Below the pieces are notes generated by a model. It made no database searches. It saw only the letters and a program-made list of their open reading frames with translations, and was not told the DNA's origin. From the NCBI RefSeq assembly GCF_009914755.1, contig NC_060938.1: a stretch of 64,000 nucleotides of DNA; one strand, 5' to 3'. The position numbers were made by a program, and so were the translations under genes. The stretch is from the human T2T-CHM13v2.0 reference genome, Homo sapiens. This document shows positions 52,060 to 64,000 of this stretch, one piece after another; within the stretch, counting starts at the first letter, position 1; the number at the start of each line of letters is the position of its first letter.

Positions 52060-52690
52060 GTAAAATTCTGAGATCTATTAACTATGAATCTAATAAACTC
52101 ACTAAATCCTGTAATGCCATTTTAAGCAAGATTCTTGCTATACTAAGTATGTTATTTTATTTGGATGTCACAACAACAGTAAGAGAGGCTACCATTATGA
52201 TTGCATTTTGCTGATAAGGAAACTGATACTCAGAGAGGTTAAATATTAATAATATAACCAGGCCACACTGCTAGCTAGAAACTTAGTAGAACTTAAGGTC
52301 TGCCAAAGTTCAGAGGCCACACAGTCTTTCCACTGTCTCTTTTGGGCATGAATTCGACCAAGTCACATAAACTCTATGGGCATTGATCTCTTCATTTCTG
52401 AAATGAGAGTGTTATTAGGACCTTGTATACATAGGTTGTGTATCCCCAGCATATATTCCTATATTGATAGGAAAAAACTGAGGCTCAGAGTCTATATATT
52501 ACTTACCTATGGTCACACATTTCAATTTATTATCAGTAGTGCCTATTCTTTGGACCCCATTATATTTGTAATATGGAAATATAACAAATTATTCAATAAT
52601 TAAAATAATTATGAGGTTTCTTAGTTGTCAAGGTGAAGTTAAGTTACAATTCTGTTTTTATTTCAAAAGAGAAAGGCTTAGTATGTTTTA

Positions 52691-52984
<294 letters not shown>

Positions 52985-53273
52985 CTAGCTCTGCTGCCTC
53001 TTACTAAATAAATGTTTGTTGAATGAATGAATGAATAAATGGATAGATGGATGAACAAATAAAAGAATACTTGGATATAGCAACCAATTCATTCTTTGGC
53101 ATTTTGAATCGATGGGTTTAGGTATTAATGTGATAATGTGTATGTATATATCATTGTATGTCTGTTTATTGGATAATTATTTTCTGTTCTTAGTTCAGTA
53201 ATTGTGTTAATCAGTTTCATAGGATATCTTTCTGCTGTGTTTTCCCCTCATGTCTGATTTACCTTGCACCCAG

Positions 53274-53421
53274 AATGGAATCTTTAGAGACAGCACTGCG
53301 GCTTGTGTTACCTGTAGAGAAGGCATCACTTCTTCTCTGTGGCTCGGACCTGCCTCTCCATAAAATGGCCATCCAGGGATTTCATCTCATTGATGCTGAT
53401 CGCATCTATCAACACCTAAGG
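53274..53421 (+). CDS. SYNE2: Nesprin-2 exon (~29)
   Basis: acccag|A ATG GAA...CTA AGG|gtaagt; 148 nt; MESLETALRLVLPVEKASLLLCGSDLPLHKMAIQGFHLIDADRIYQHLR. Confidence 0.95.
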
Positions 53422-54059
53422 GTAAGTATATAAGTTCTCACAGTGTATTTACAGAATAATCGAGTCTTTTGAGATTTATAAATCCTTATGGATTTTTAAT
53501 TATTCATGATAGCATAGATTAAGAGTATAAGCCATGACAGTTTTTTTTTCAGTAATTTAGACTTGTTTTTTATTTCTTAACTCTTTAATTCCTTGCAAAT
53601 TTGGAGGTGGGCACCGTGGAGTGCATAGTGAGGTATTTTCTTTGAATTCAAAATGAAGCCTTGTTTATGAATGCCTTCTTCAGTGACTGAATTCCTAAAT
53701 ATACGAGACTCATGCTTAAATGCCGTATTCTACCGTTTTCTTATTCTAAATCCCATCTTAACTAAAAATATTTGTTCATTTTTCAGATTATAAAATTGTT
53801 CTCTGAACAGTTTAACATCTAATTATGTACTTTGAAGCAATAGATTTATGTGCTTGTTTTCTTTTTGGGATTGAAACATGAGCTGGCACATTGATCATTT
53901 GTAATTAAAATGTTTCCTTAGGTAGAAACTGTCACCTTTTGTTAAACTCAAAAGCATTTTTCTAGATCAAATCTAGTCATGCAGTTTGGGGCTAGTTTCT
54001 CACATGTAGCCTTTCTTTTTTCCACCTCAGTGTTTTAGCTTTTCTTATCTTTATTTTAG

Positions 54060-54670
54060 AATATCCAAGATTCCATAGCAAAACAGATTGAAATATGTAA
54101 CCGCTTAGAAGAGCCAGGCAACTTTGTATTAAAGGAGTTACACCCATTTGATCTACACGCAATGCAGAATATTATACTGAAATACAAAACACAATTTGAA
54201 GGAATGAACCACAGGGTGCAGAGGAGTGAAGATACTCTCAAAGCTCTGGAAGACTTTTTGGCGTCTCTCAGAACAGCTAAACTCTCTGCTGAGCCCGTTA
54301 CAGACCTTTCAGCCTCAGATACACAGGTGGCACAAGAAAATACGTTGACAGTAAAAAATAAAGAGGGAGAAATTCATCTGATGAAAGACAAGGCCAAACA
54401 TTTGGATAAATGTTTGAAGATGCTCGATATGAGCTTTAAAGATGCTGAACGGGGTGATGACACCTCCTGTGAAAACCTGCTTGATGCTTTTTCAATAAAG
54501 TTATCTGAGACACATGGCTATGGGGTACAGGAGGAATTCACTGAGGAAAACAAATTACTAGAGGCTTGTATTTTCAAAAATAATGAACTCCTTAAAAATA
54601 TTCAAGATGTGCAGAGTCAAATCAGTAAAATTGGTCTTAAGGATCCTACTGTTCCAGCTGTGAAACATCG
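54060..54670 (+). CDS. SYNE2: Nesprin-2 large exon (~30)
   Basis: ttttag|AAT ATC CAA...CAT CG|gtaagt; 611 nt; overlaps ORF 54162..54674 (MQNIILKYKTQFEG...PAVKHR). Confidence 0.96.
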
Positions 54671-55272
54671 GTAAGTATTGTCCATCCATTTCCATCCAAG
54701 GTGACTGACATCTTTCTGTATTTTCACTTCTGTTAGGTGAAAGAAATTCTTCCTATGTCTTTCTGCTTCTATTCCATCCCACTCTATTCAGTGTTCAGCA
54801 TTCTTTTCTGTAGACTTTTCAAGCAAACTTCCTTTTTGTTGGTATTGTACCTGTACAAAACGTTGCATAATTTTTTTCCTCTTTAAAGTGTATCTTATGG
54901 ATGAAGGAGTGGTGAAGTCAGATGTACATAAAGTACTGTACATGAGTTACTTCCGATTCCCTTGTCCTTCTGTGTGTTTACTGTGGAGTTCTCCTCAGGA
55001 CAGATGACTGGCAGACTCCACGCTGTGATATTAATGAAACCAGTGGTGGAAGATGCATATGCCACATCTTGTCCCTGCTTCTTCCTTAGTTATTTGGTCC
55101 CCTCCTCCTCCCAGCAGGATTAGGGTAGGAACTGAGTGGAAGGGCAGGAGACTGAATTTAAGAGGCAATCTAAAGTTAGTGTTGATTCTGGAGATGGAAC
55201 AGAGTTGCAGTAGACTGAGGTTGGCAGCCTTCTGTATACCTGCTGCCATTTTAATTCCAGCATTTGGAATAG

Positions 55273-55969
<697 letters not shown>

Positions 55970-56249
55970 TCTTCCCCCCTTTCTAAATCTGTCTCACTTT
56001 CTGTCTCCTTCTCTGCCCACCTTGAGTTCCGCAGGCTCAGTGGTCTCTTGAGGGTCTTTAGATGACCAAGCCCTCAGTGTAGCCAAGTGTGCCTTTCCCT
56101 CTGAAATGCTCACACCCTCAGGCTCAATGATACTTTCATTCTTAGGGTATCCCACCACGGCATGCGATTGCACCACTGCCCTCCATCCTGGATGACACAG
56201 CAAGACCCTCTCTCAAAGAAGAGAAAGAAAGAAAAAGAAATTCTATGTA

Positions 56250-57510
56250 AGGAAGGAGGAGGGGATTGCTATTGAACAGGGTAATCAGGGAAGGCCTCAC
56301 TGAGAAGGTGGCCTTGGCATCAGATGAGAGGCAAGAGCAAGCCACTTGAACCTGGAGAAATAGCCTTCTAGGCAGAGGCAGCAGTAGGTACAAGGGTCGG
56401 GTGTGTTTGAGGAAAGGCAAGGAGGTGAGAAGGTGCAGCAGTGAGGGGGAGATGTAGCTTAGCTCATGCAGGAACTTTTAGGCTGTTTGATGACTTTGGC
56501 TTGTTCTTCAAGTGACATGGGAAGTCATTGCAGGGTTCTAAGCAGAGGGAAATGTCTTGGTTTTCATCATAACCTTTTGTCTCTGACTAATGTGTTGAAA
56601 ATAGACTGTAGGAGTTGAGAGAAGACATGGGAAGTCTGGTTTGACCTATTGTAGTAATCCCTGGTAGGGATGAAGCTGGCATGGACCAGTGGTAATGTGG
56701 TAGAAAGTGTTGAGATTCTGTATATAGTTTGAAGATAGAGACCAGATGATTTATTGACACATGGACATGGGGTGTAAAAGAGATATTGGGGTCAAGAATG
56801 CTTCCAAGCATTGGAACCTTCCTCTGGGTTCAAGTGCTCTTGGCTTTCATTGTCCATTGTGTCAGTGGTAACTTGAACAGTGAGTAAGAACCGAGTTACC
56901 ATTAACTGAGATGAAAAAGACTAAAGTTTATCAGTGTTGGATGAAATGTATCAGTATTGAATGAAAGATTAGGTGTGCTCAGTTTTAGAAATGATATATT
57001 CAAGATACTTATTAGACATTCAAGCAGCAATATCAATAAGACACTTAAAAATACATGGCATTAGGAATCAGGAGAGAGGTCTGGGCTTGAGGTATATATT
57101 TGAGAGTTTTCATCATTTTACAAGGCTGTTTAAAGCTATGAGACTGGATGAAATTTCTGAGGAGAGTGAGTTTAGATAAACAAGAGAAGAGGTCCAAGTT
57201 GGATCCATACTCAGGGGCACTCCTTATTGAGAGATCAGGAAGATGAGGGGGAACTAGCCGAAGAAACTGAGAAGGGAGAGGCCAGTACAGTAGGATGAAA
57301 ATCAAGAGACTTCTGGGGTTACCTGAAGAAGGCATCTCAACAAAGAGGAAGTGACCAAATGTGCTGACTAGTGAAGCGAAGTGAAGATTGAGAGTGGAAC
57401 AGGGATTTTGCAATGTGGAGGCCAGCTGTTTCAGTAGGCAGTAGAGAATGAAAACCTTATGGGAGTGAATTGAAGAGAAAATTGGAGGCTAGGAAGTAGA
57501 GGCTGTGAGC
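56250..57510 (-). mobile_element. L2 fragment (~1.2 kb)
   Basis: tcagggaaggcctcactgagaaggtg...gagaggtctgggcttgagg...tttaaagctatgagactggatgaaat. Confidence 0.75.
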
Positions 57511-57886
57511 AGTTTAGCAATTTAGATTTAGGTGAATGGTGTTAATCCTTCCAGTATTACTTTATCCTTAAATAACTCCTTTTTGATAGGGAGAGCTTTT
57601 TGTACATAACGGAGAAATGAAAGATTTCCTTTGTCTTTTCCTTCCTCCTTGGCCGCCCCATCCCTCCTTAGGATCCTGCAGTTCTTGGTCATTCACCTTC
57701 TCCTCTTCTCCTATATCATGCTGTCTTCCCCCTACATAAGCACACGTATGCGCTTTGTCTCTCTCTCTTTTCTCTCGTGTGTATACACCTTTTACAAGTG
57801 TGTTCATCATAGACATATGTTAATGCTAATGTTTTTGTATATTTATTATATTTATTTAAAGCACCAAATTAATATTCTGGAAATGC

Positions 57887-58205
<319 letters not shown>

Positions 58206-58382
58206 TCAGAAAAATTCTGGAAATGCAAAGAGCCTCCTGAACTCTGTAACAGGAATGTGTAATTTTGGCATTAACCACATGAGGACAAATTAAAGTTAGT
58301 GTGCCTCCCCAAGTTACCCATATTTGTGTTGAATCAATGGTTAACAGTTGGCTATCAAACTTTTTTCTCATTCATAATCAAG

Positions 58383-58562
58383 GAAAAAATCATTAATCAG
58401 ACTGGATAAGGTTCTAGATGAATATGAAGAAGAGAAGAGACATTTACAAGAAATGGCTAATTCTCTTCCACACTTCAAAGATGGCAGAGAAAAAACCGTG
58501 AATCAACAGTGCCAAAATACAGTAGTCTTGTGGGAGAATACCAAAGCCTTGGTCACCGAATG
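58383..58562 (+). CDS. SYNE2: Nesprin-2 exon (~31)
   Basis: atcaag|G AAA AAA TCA...GAA TG|gtaagg; 180 nt; KKSLIRLDKVLDEYEEEKRHLQEMANSLPHFKDGREKTVNQQCQNTVVLWENTKALVTE(C). Confidence 0.94.
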
Positions 58563-58824
58563 GTAAGGAAAAAAAAGAATCCCTCTTGAATCTGAAAAAT
58601 TGTCTGTAGCACAATTAACTTTTTCAAACTTCTGGGTTGAAAACACATCTCCGTGGACCCAAAGGAGGGACAAACATAAGGATTTCCTGCTGGAGTTCAC
58701 AGGGCCAGTGTCTGGGACAAGACCTAGAATTGTAGATTATAGCCAGAATGCAGCAAAGAGGTTCTCCACGAAGCATAACACATACACAGTACAGTCCGTT
58801 TATGCTCATTACCATCCCAACTGG

Positions 58825-59739
58825 GGTGGTTTCCTATTGCTGTAAATCACCAAGCAAATCACCACGAACTTAGTGGCTTAAAAAGAACACGGATTTATTA
58901 CCTTATGCTTCTGGAGGTCAGAAGTGGTAAAATAGGCTGCGTGAGGTGGCTCACACCTGTAATCCCAGCACTTTGTGAGGCTGAAGTGAGAGGATTGCTT
59001 GAGCCTATGTGTTTGAGACCAGCCTGGCCAACATGGTGAAACCCCATCTCTACAAAATATAAAAAAATTGGCCGGACACAGTTCTCATGCCTGTAATCCC
59101 AGCACTTTGGGAGGCTGGGGTGGCCGGATCACCTGAGGTCAGGAGTTCGAGACCAGCCTGGCCAACATGGCAAAACCCCATCTCTAAAAAACATAAAAAA
59201 AGTAACCTGCATGCTGGCATGTGCCTATAGTCCCAGCTACTCAGGAGGCTGAGGTGGGAACATCACTTGAGCCTGGGAGGTTGAGGTTTCAGTGAACCGA
59301 GATAGCACCACCGTACTTCAGAGTGAGACCCTGTCTCGAAAAAAAAAGAAAATCAAGCTGTGTTCCTTCTGGAGGCTCTAGGCAAGATTCATTTCCTTGC
59401 CTTTTCCAATTCTAGAGGCCTCCTGCTACATTCCTTTGCCTGTGTCACCCTCCTCCATTTTTAAAGTAGCAGCACAGGATCTTCAGATCTCTCTCTGCCC
59501 TCTGTTCTGTCATCATGTCTCCTTTGACACCTCTCCCTGCCTCCCTCTCAAGAGGACCCTTATGATTACACCAGGCCCACACGGGCAATCCTGGATAATC
59601 TCTGTAGTTTAAGATCCTTAGCTTAATCACCTCTGCAAAGTCCCTTTTGCCTTGTGAGGTAACATGTAAGGTAACATTCACAAGATCCAGGGATTAGGCC
59701 CAGGACATCTTTGGGAATTGGGAGCATTACTTTACCACA
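58825..59739 (-). mobile_element. MLT1D-like MaLR LTR split by sense Alu sequence (58936-59350)
   Basis: cttaatcacctctgcaaagtcccttttgcc...gggattagg...ggacatctttggg...ccaca. Confidence 0.8.
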
Positions 59740-60589
59740 CGCCCCTACCTGAATGGGAGATGTTGCCTGTCAATAACGGCTGCGTTTCCTGCAGAGTTGG
59801 GGCTAGTTGCAAAAATTTTTGAAACTGTGAAGACCATTACCTATCAGTCCCAGTTGGCAATTCTTATTTTTTAAAAATATTTGATATTATTTATTAATTT
59901 GCCAGACTGCTTTGGAGGGATTCAGTTTTTTATATATGATTGCTTGTGTGTCCAGTTGTCCATTCCATGGAATATCCTCTGTCCATCCCTCTTACTATCT
60001 ACATGAGGGTGGGGAGTGGTGGAATGGGTTATCCCTACAGGCTGAACTGCCCAGGCTGAGGGTTCCAGCAGGGTTAGGCAGTGGGGGGTATTAGAGGGGA
60101 AGAAGAGAGGCCAGGGTGGTCTCACCATCCCGCTTTGTTTCCGCATGTGGTTCTGACACCACCTGACGGCACCATCCTGTGTGGCTTGGGGCATCTCCCC
60201 AGCTTTCTCCTAGAGGCTGAGTGGCATGACCTATTTGCGGGGGTTAATCCCTGTGTGCCTCGGCCTCCCTGGCAGTTTCCCCTGATTCTGCTCTCAGAAT
60301 TCTGATTCTCTCTTCAGAATTCCATTTGGGTACACCTCCTGTTTCCTACCGGAACCTGAGTGTACAGGAGTCAAGATGAACCCTGTATGTGGTATTTGAT
60401 CTAGTCTACCCTCTGATTTTACTGAGGAAAGAATTGAGATTCAAAGAGGCTAAAGTAACTTATCCAGAGTCTCAGACTAAGCAGTGCCCACCTGTAGTAG
60501 AAACCAGGTGTCCTAACTGCCACATTGTCTCACTACCTTAACGTTTTAAAAAAGACTAAATCCAGAATGAATAGAATAGATATATAAAA

Positions 60590-60900
60590 GGCCAGGCACA
60601 GTGGCTCACACCTATATATAATCCCAGCACTTTGGGAGGCCAAGGCAGGTGGATCACCTGAGGTCAGGAGTTCACGACCAGCCCGGCCAACATGATGAAA
60701 CCCCTTCTCTACTAAAAATACAAAAATTAGCCAGGCATGGTGGCACTTGCCTGTAATCCTAGCTACTTGGGAGGCTGAAGCAGGAGAATTGCTTGAATCC
60801 AGGAGGCGGACGTTGCAGTGAGCCAGGATCACACCACTGCACTCTAGCTTGGGTGACAGAGCTAGACTCTGTCTCAAAAAAAAAAAAAAAAAAAAAAAAA
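60590..60900 (+). mobile_element. Alu with TSD gaatagatatataaaa
   Basis: Alu consensus, long A tail, flanking direct repeat. Confidence 0.92.
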
Positions 60901-61306
60901 GAGAATAGATATATAAACACCCTGTGACTTGCTGAATTAATATTGAAATAATCTGCCAGAGTTATGTTAAAGGGGCTCTGTTTTCTGAGATGTCTTTTGG
61001 TTAATGATGAAATTGAGATGCTGATTCCTTAGGGTGATGAATCTTGTGTTTCTTTCTAGACCTTACATCTGGTAACTTTTTAATGTTCACCTAGTGACAG
61101 TACTAATCTAGAGATTATGCCATCTATTTGCCAGATATATTGATGTGCCATCATTCTTAGGTTAAATTGGTAAAAAGTATTAAGAACCACATCAAGAGGA
61201 AAAGTCCTTTACACCTTATTCATCATTTATGTGGGATACTTGCAAAGAGAAAGAACGGTTTTGCTATTTTTGGACATTTAGCTATTGTATATTTTTCTAT
61301 TCATAG

Positions 61307-61457
61307 TCTTGAACAATGTGGGAGAGTTTTGGAGCTCTTAAAACAATATCAGAATTTTAAAAGCATCTTGACAACTTTGATTCAAAAAGAAGAGAGTGTC
61401 ATCTCCCTGCAGGCTTCGTACATGGGAAAGGAGAACCTGAAGAAAAGGATAGCAGAG
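61307..61457 (+). CDS. SYNE2: Nesprin-2 exon (~32)
   Basis: tcatag|T CTT GAA...GCA GAG|gtgagt; 151 nt; LEQCGRVLELLKQYQNFKSILTTLIQKEESVISLQASYMGKENLKKRIAE. Confidence 0.95.
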
Positions 61458-62081
61458 GTGAGTCCAGGTTCCATTAGAAAAAACTGCCCAGTGACCTCAC
61501 TGACAGGCCTGGTAGTAAAGAGATATTATAGATTAAGTCTTTTTTGAAACTTCGTTTAAAAGAAGTTACTAGTGACCCTATTTTACCAGGTATCTAAAAA
61601 TTTGTTGTATTCATCACCAGGGCTGGAAAAAAGAAACAGTCACCAAGTTGATGGTGGGTCACTTCTGTTTGGGTTTTGATGCTGGGGCTGTGTTTCTGCT
61701 CACCCCTGCTGCCACCTCTGTGAGGTTGTAACAGCCTTTGCACTGACTTTCTGTTTACAAGGAACCTGACCCTTCATTGCAGGCTTGACAGAAGGAAGAC
61801 GGTGGGAAAATCCTCTCTGTTGTTAGTAGAGTGAGGAAAAATTAGCTTTTATTTACTGATTTTCTGTGAAGATGTGCAAGCTTATTACCACTTTGCTCCA
61901 TCTATGTTTATATTCTAAGAAGAGTAATATTTTTGGACACTAGGTGTCATTATTTTCTATGGTTTTATGTGGTTATCAACCAGAGTGGCAGAAGAATGGA
62001 ATAGTTAGAAAAGAATATACTATACTGCACTATATGACTCTACACCAGAAAGTTTCTTTCTTCCCTCCCCTCCCCTCTCTG

Positions 62082-62279
62082 TGATTCTCCTGCCTCAGCC
62101 TTTCAAGTAGCTGGGAATACAGGTGCGCAACAACACGCCCAGCTAATTTTTGTATTTTTAGTAGAGACAGGGTTTCGCCGTGTTGGCCAGGCTGGTCTCA
62201 AACTCCTAACCTGAGGTGATCTGCCTGCCTCTGCTTCCCAAATTGCTGGGATTATAGGCATGAGTCACCACGCCTGGCC
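62082..62279 (-). mobile_element. Partial antisense Alu
   Basis: tgattctcctgcctcagcc...ccacgcctggcc. Confidence 0.85.
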
Positions 62280-64000
62280 TTTTTCTATTGATTTTACGAG
62301 TACTAAGCTAAAGTGCTGTCAGGGTGTTAAAAGTATGTGAAATGTAGTTTGCTTGATATACTTGGAGGTTGGAAAGCAATTTTATTAAACTTTCCAGTTG
62401 TCAAGAGCAGCATCAGTGAAAGCTTAAATAGGACAATTTAGTCCTTATCTAGAACTATTAACCCTGAAGCTCAAATGACACCCAGGTGTCAGGAATGGCC
62501 CTTGTCTGGGACCCACTTTCTCAGACTTAGTTTCTTAGAGCTGGCCAGTCGGAAGCAGCCCTGTTTAGATACCAGCTGTACAGTATGTGACTGTGTAGCT
62601 GATTTCTTGTCAGACTTAATCAAAGTTGTCAAGACCATGAGCAGATAGTCACAGTTGCTTAGATGTAACCTGTCTGGTTCCCTCTGGTGGAGGCAGCTTT
62701 TGGATTTGGCTCATCTTGGGATCTAGAAGGGTCCTGTCCTCTTTCAGTAGATTTAAAGAGCTCTGGTTTCCTAGGTTCTTAGAGAATCCAGCATGTTCAG
62801 CCTTACCAGATCCTCTCGGGCTTGTGTCCCAGTTCGCATAGCCACGCTTCTGCCGTGTCCCCGATAGCAGTCTCCTACCTTGTACTCTTGTTTTAGGATC
62901 AAAGTCTCTGCCTTATTCAACAGACCTTGAGACCCTTCCTTGTATGCTGCCCAGATATCTAGTCCCTCTTGACTTGCAGCTTTTCTTGTTCATGCAAATC
63001 CTCCTCACTTCTGGCACCTTTCCTTAGCCCTGTTTTGATAAGTGTCAGTTATGATGCCCCATGCTGCGTGTGGCCTGTCTGCTGCTCTTCCCACTACCCC
63101 ATAACTGTATAACCTTATAACTATAAACTATACTTTCTAGATAAGTTACTTATCTGACTAATAAACTTCTTCTTGTCACCTCCAGGGAGCTGACTCCATT
63201 CCTGGGTGAGTCTCCCTAATCGGAATCTAGGCCCAGGTCTTGGTCTTTCTGCCATCGTTAGCTCCTCTGTGGCTATCATAACTGGACCTCACCTCTGTCC
63301 TCAGCTGTATTTGGCAGCCCCAAGTCCAGAGCCTCCCCAGAAAGTCAATCTCTGTGGGTATGGAGGGATTCCATTCAATCGGGTGGAGGAGGGCCTGAGA
63401 GTCTAAATATGTTTCTCTTAAAAAATGTCATCCAGTCTTTCTGTTTGTGGCTGTGTTTCTGCCTTAATGATTACCTTGAAGTCATTTCTAGCCTTTTGAG
63501 TTTCTATGGCACAAATGGCCTTGCTTCTTATTGGCTTCTCTGCACCCTCCCCGCTACCTCGTCTCCTCCTAGACCAAGGTTTCAGCTTTAGTTTTGGTGA
63601 GTCAGTTACCACTCATTTTTCAGCTTTCCAGCTTCCCAACTTCTCACCTTCTACCTGAGAGTATTCTTATCCTCTATTCTCTGTGTGCTTGTTGGTTTGT
63701 ACCATTTTAAATTCTTTTCTGTTATTAAAGTAGCATGTGGGGAGAAAACAGAGACAAACATATATATTTAATCCACCATGTTAAACTTGTTATTTAACTG
63801 TTTCAATCACTGCGTAAAACTGCCTGCCCTGAAGACATATTTGAAGTGTGTATATAGTAGAAATAAAAATTAATTAAAACTCTGCTTTGTCTGTACTCCT
63901 TACTCAACTGCAAAAGGTATTTTTAAAATTAATAAAATAATTATAACTACCTTTAAGAAGCAACAGTCCCAGCTTTCCTTATTTTATTAAAATGAGAATT

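Noticed and set aside
54162-54674. 170-aa stand-alone ORF
   Set aside because: It is the interior of a SYNE2 exon, and its stop is the gtaa of the splice donor.
60282-60321. 20-bp tandem duplication ctgattctgctctcagaatt
   Set aside because: Ordinary slippage duplication with no other supporting signal.

Overview
Primate, almost certainly human, genomic DNA from the 5' part of SYNE2 (nesprin-2/NUANCE), transcribed on the + strand. I traced 26 consecutive GT-AG coding exons (1158-61457). They splice into one stop-free frame of 4320 nt (1440 codons) covering the end of CH1, the Ser/Pro-rich inter-CH linker, all of CH2 and the start of the spectrin-repeat rod. From memory these are roughly exons 7-32, aa ~137-1576; that numbering was not looked up. 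Neither start nor stop codon is in the window. Introns carry about 50 Alu copies plus L1, L2, MIR, MaLR LTR and DNA-transposon fossils and microsatellites, which explain most of the supplied ORF track. I found no new gene and no prokaryote-type system. The leads worth following are (i) hidden RNA-processing options: stop+AATAAA just past three donors, a candidate poison exon, cryptic splice sites and a regenerated donor at an exon junction; (ii) several short locally templated duplications, the clearest being a 172-bp copy inserted inside an Alu; and (iii) an internally expanded MADE1 hairpin and closely spaced inverted Alu pairs. Repeat coordinates are approximate and subfamily names were assigned by eye.
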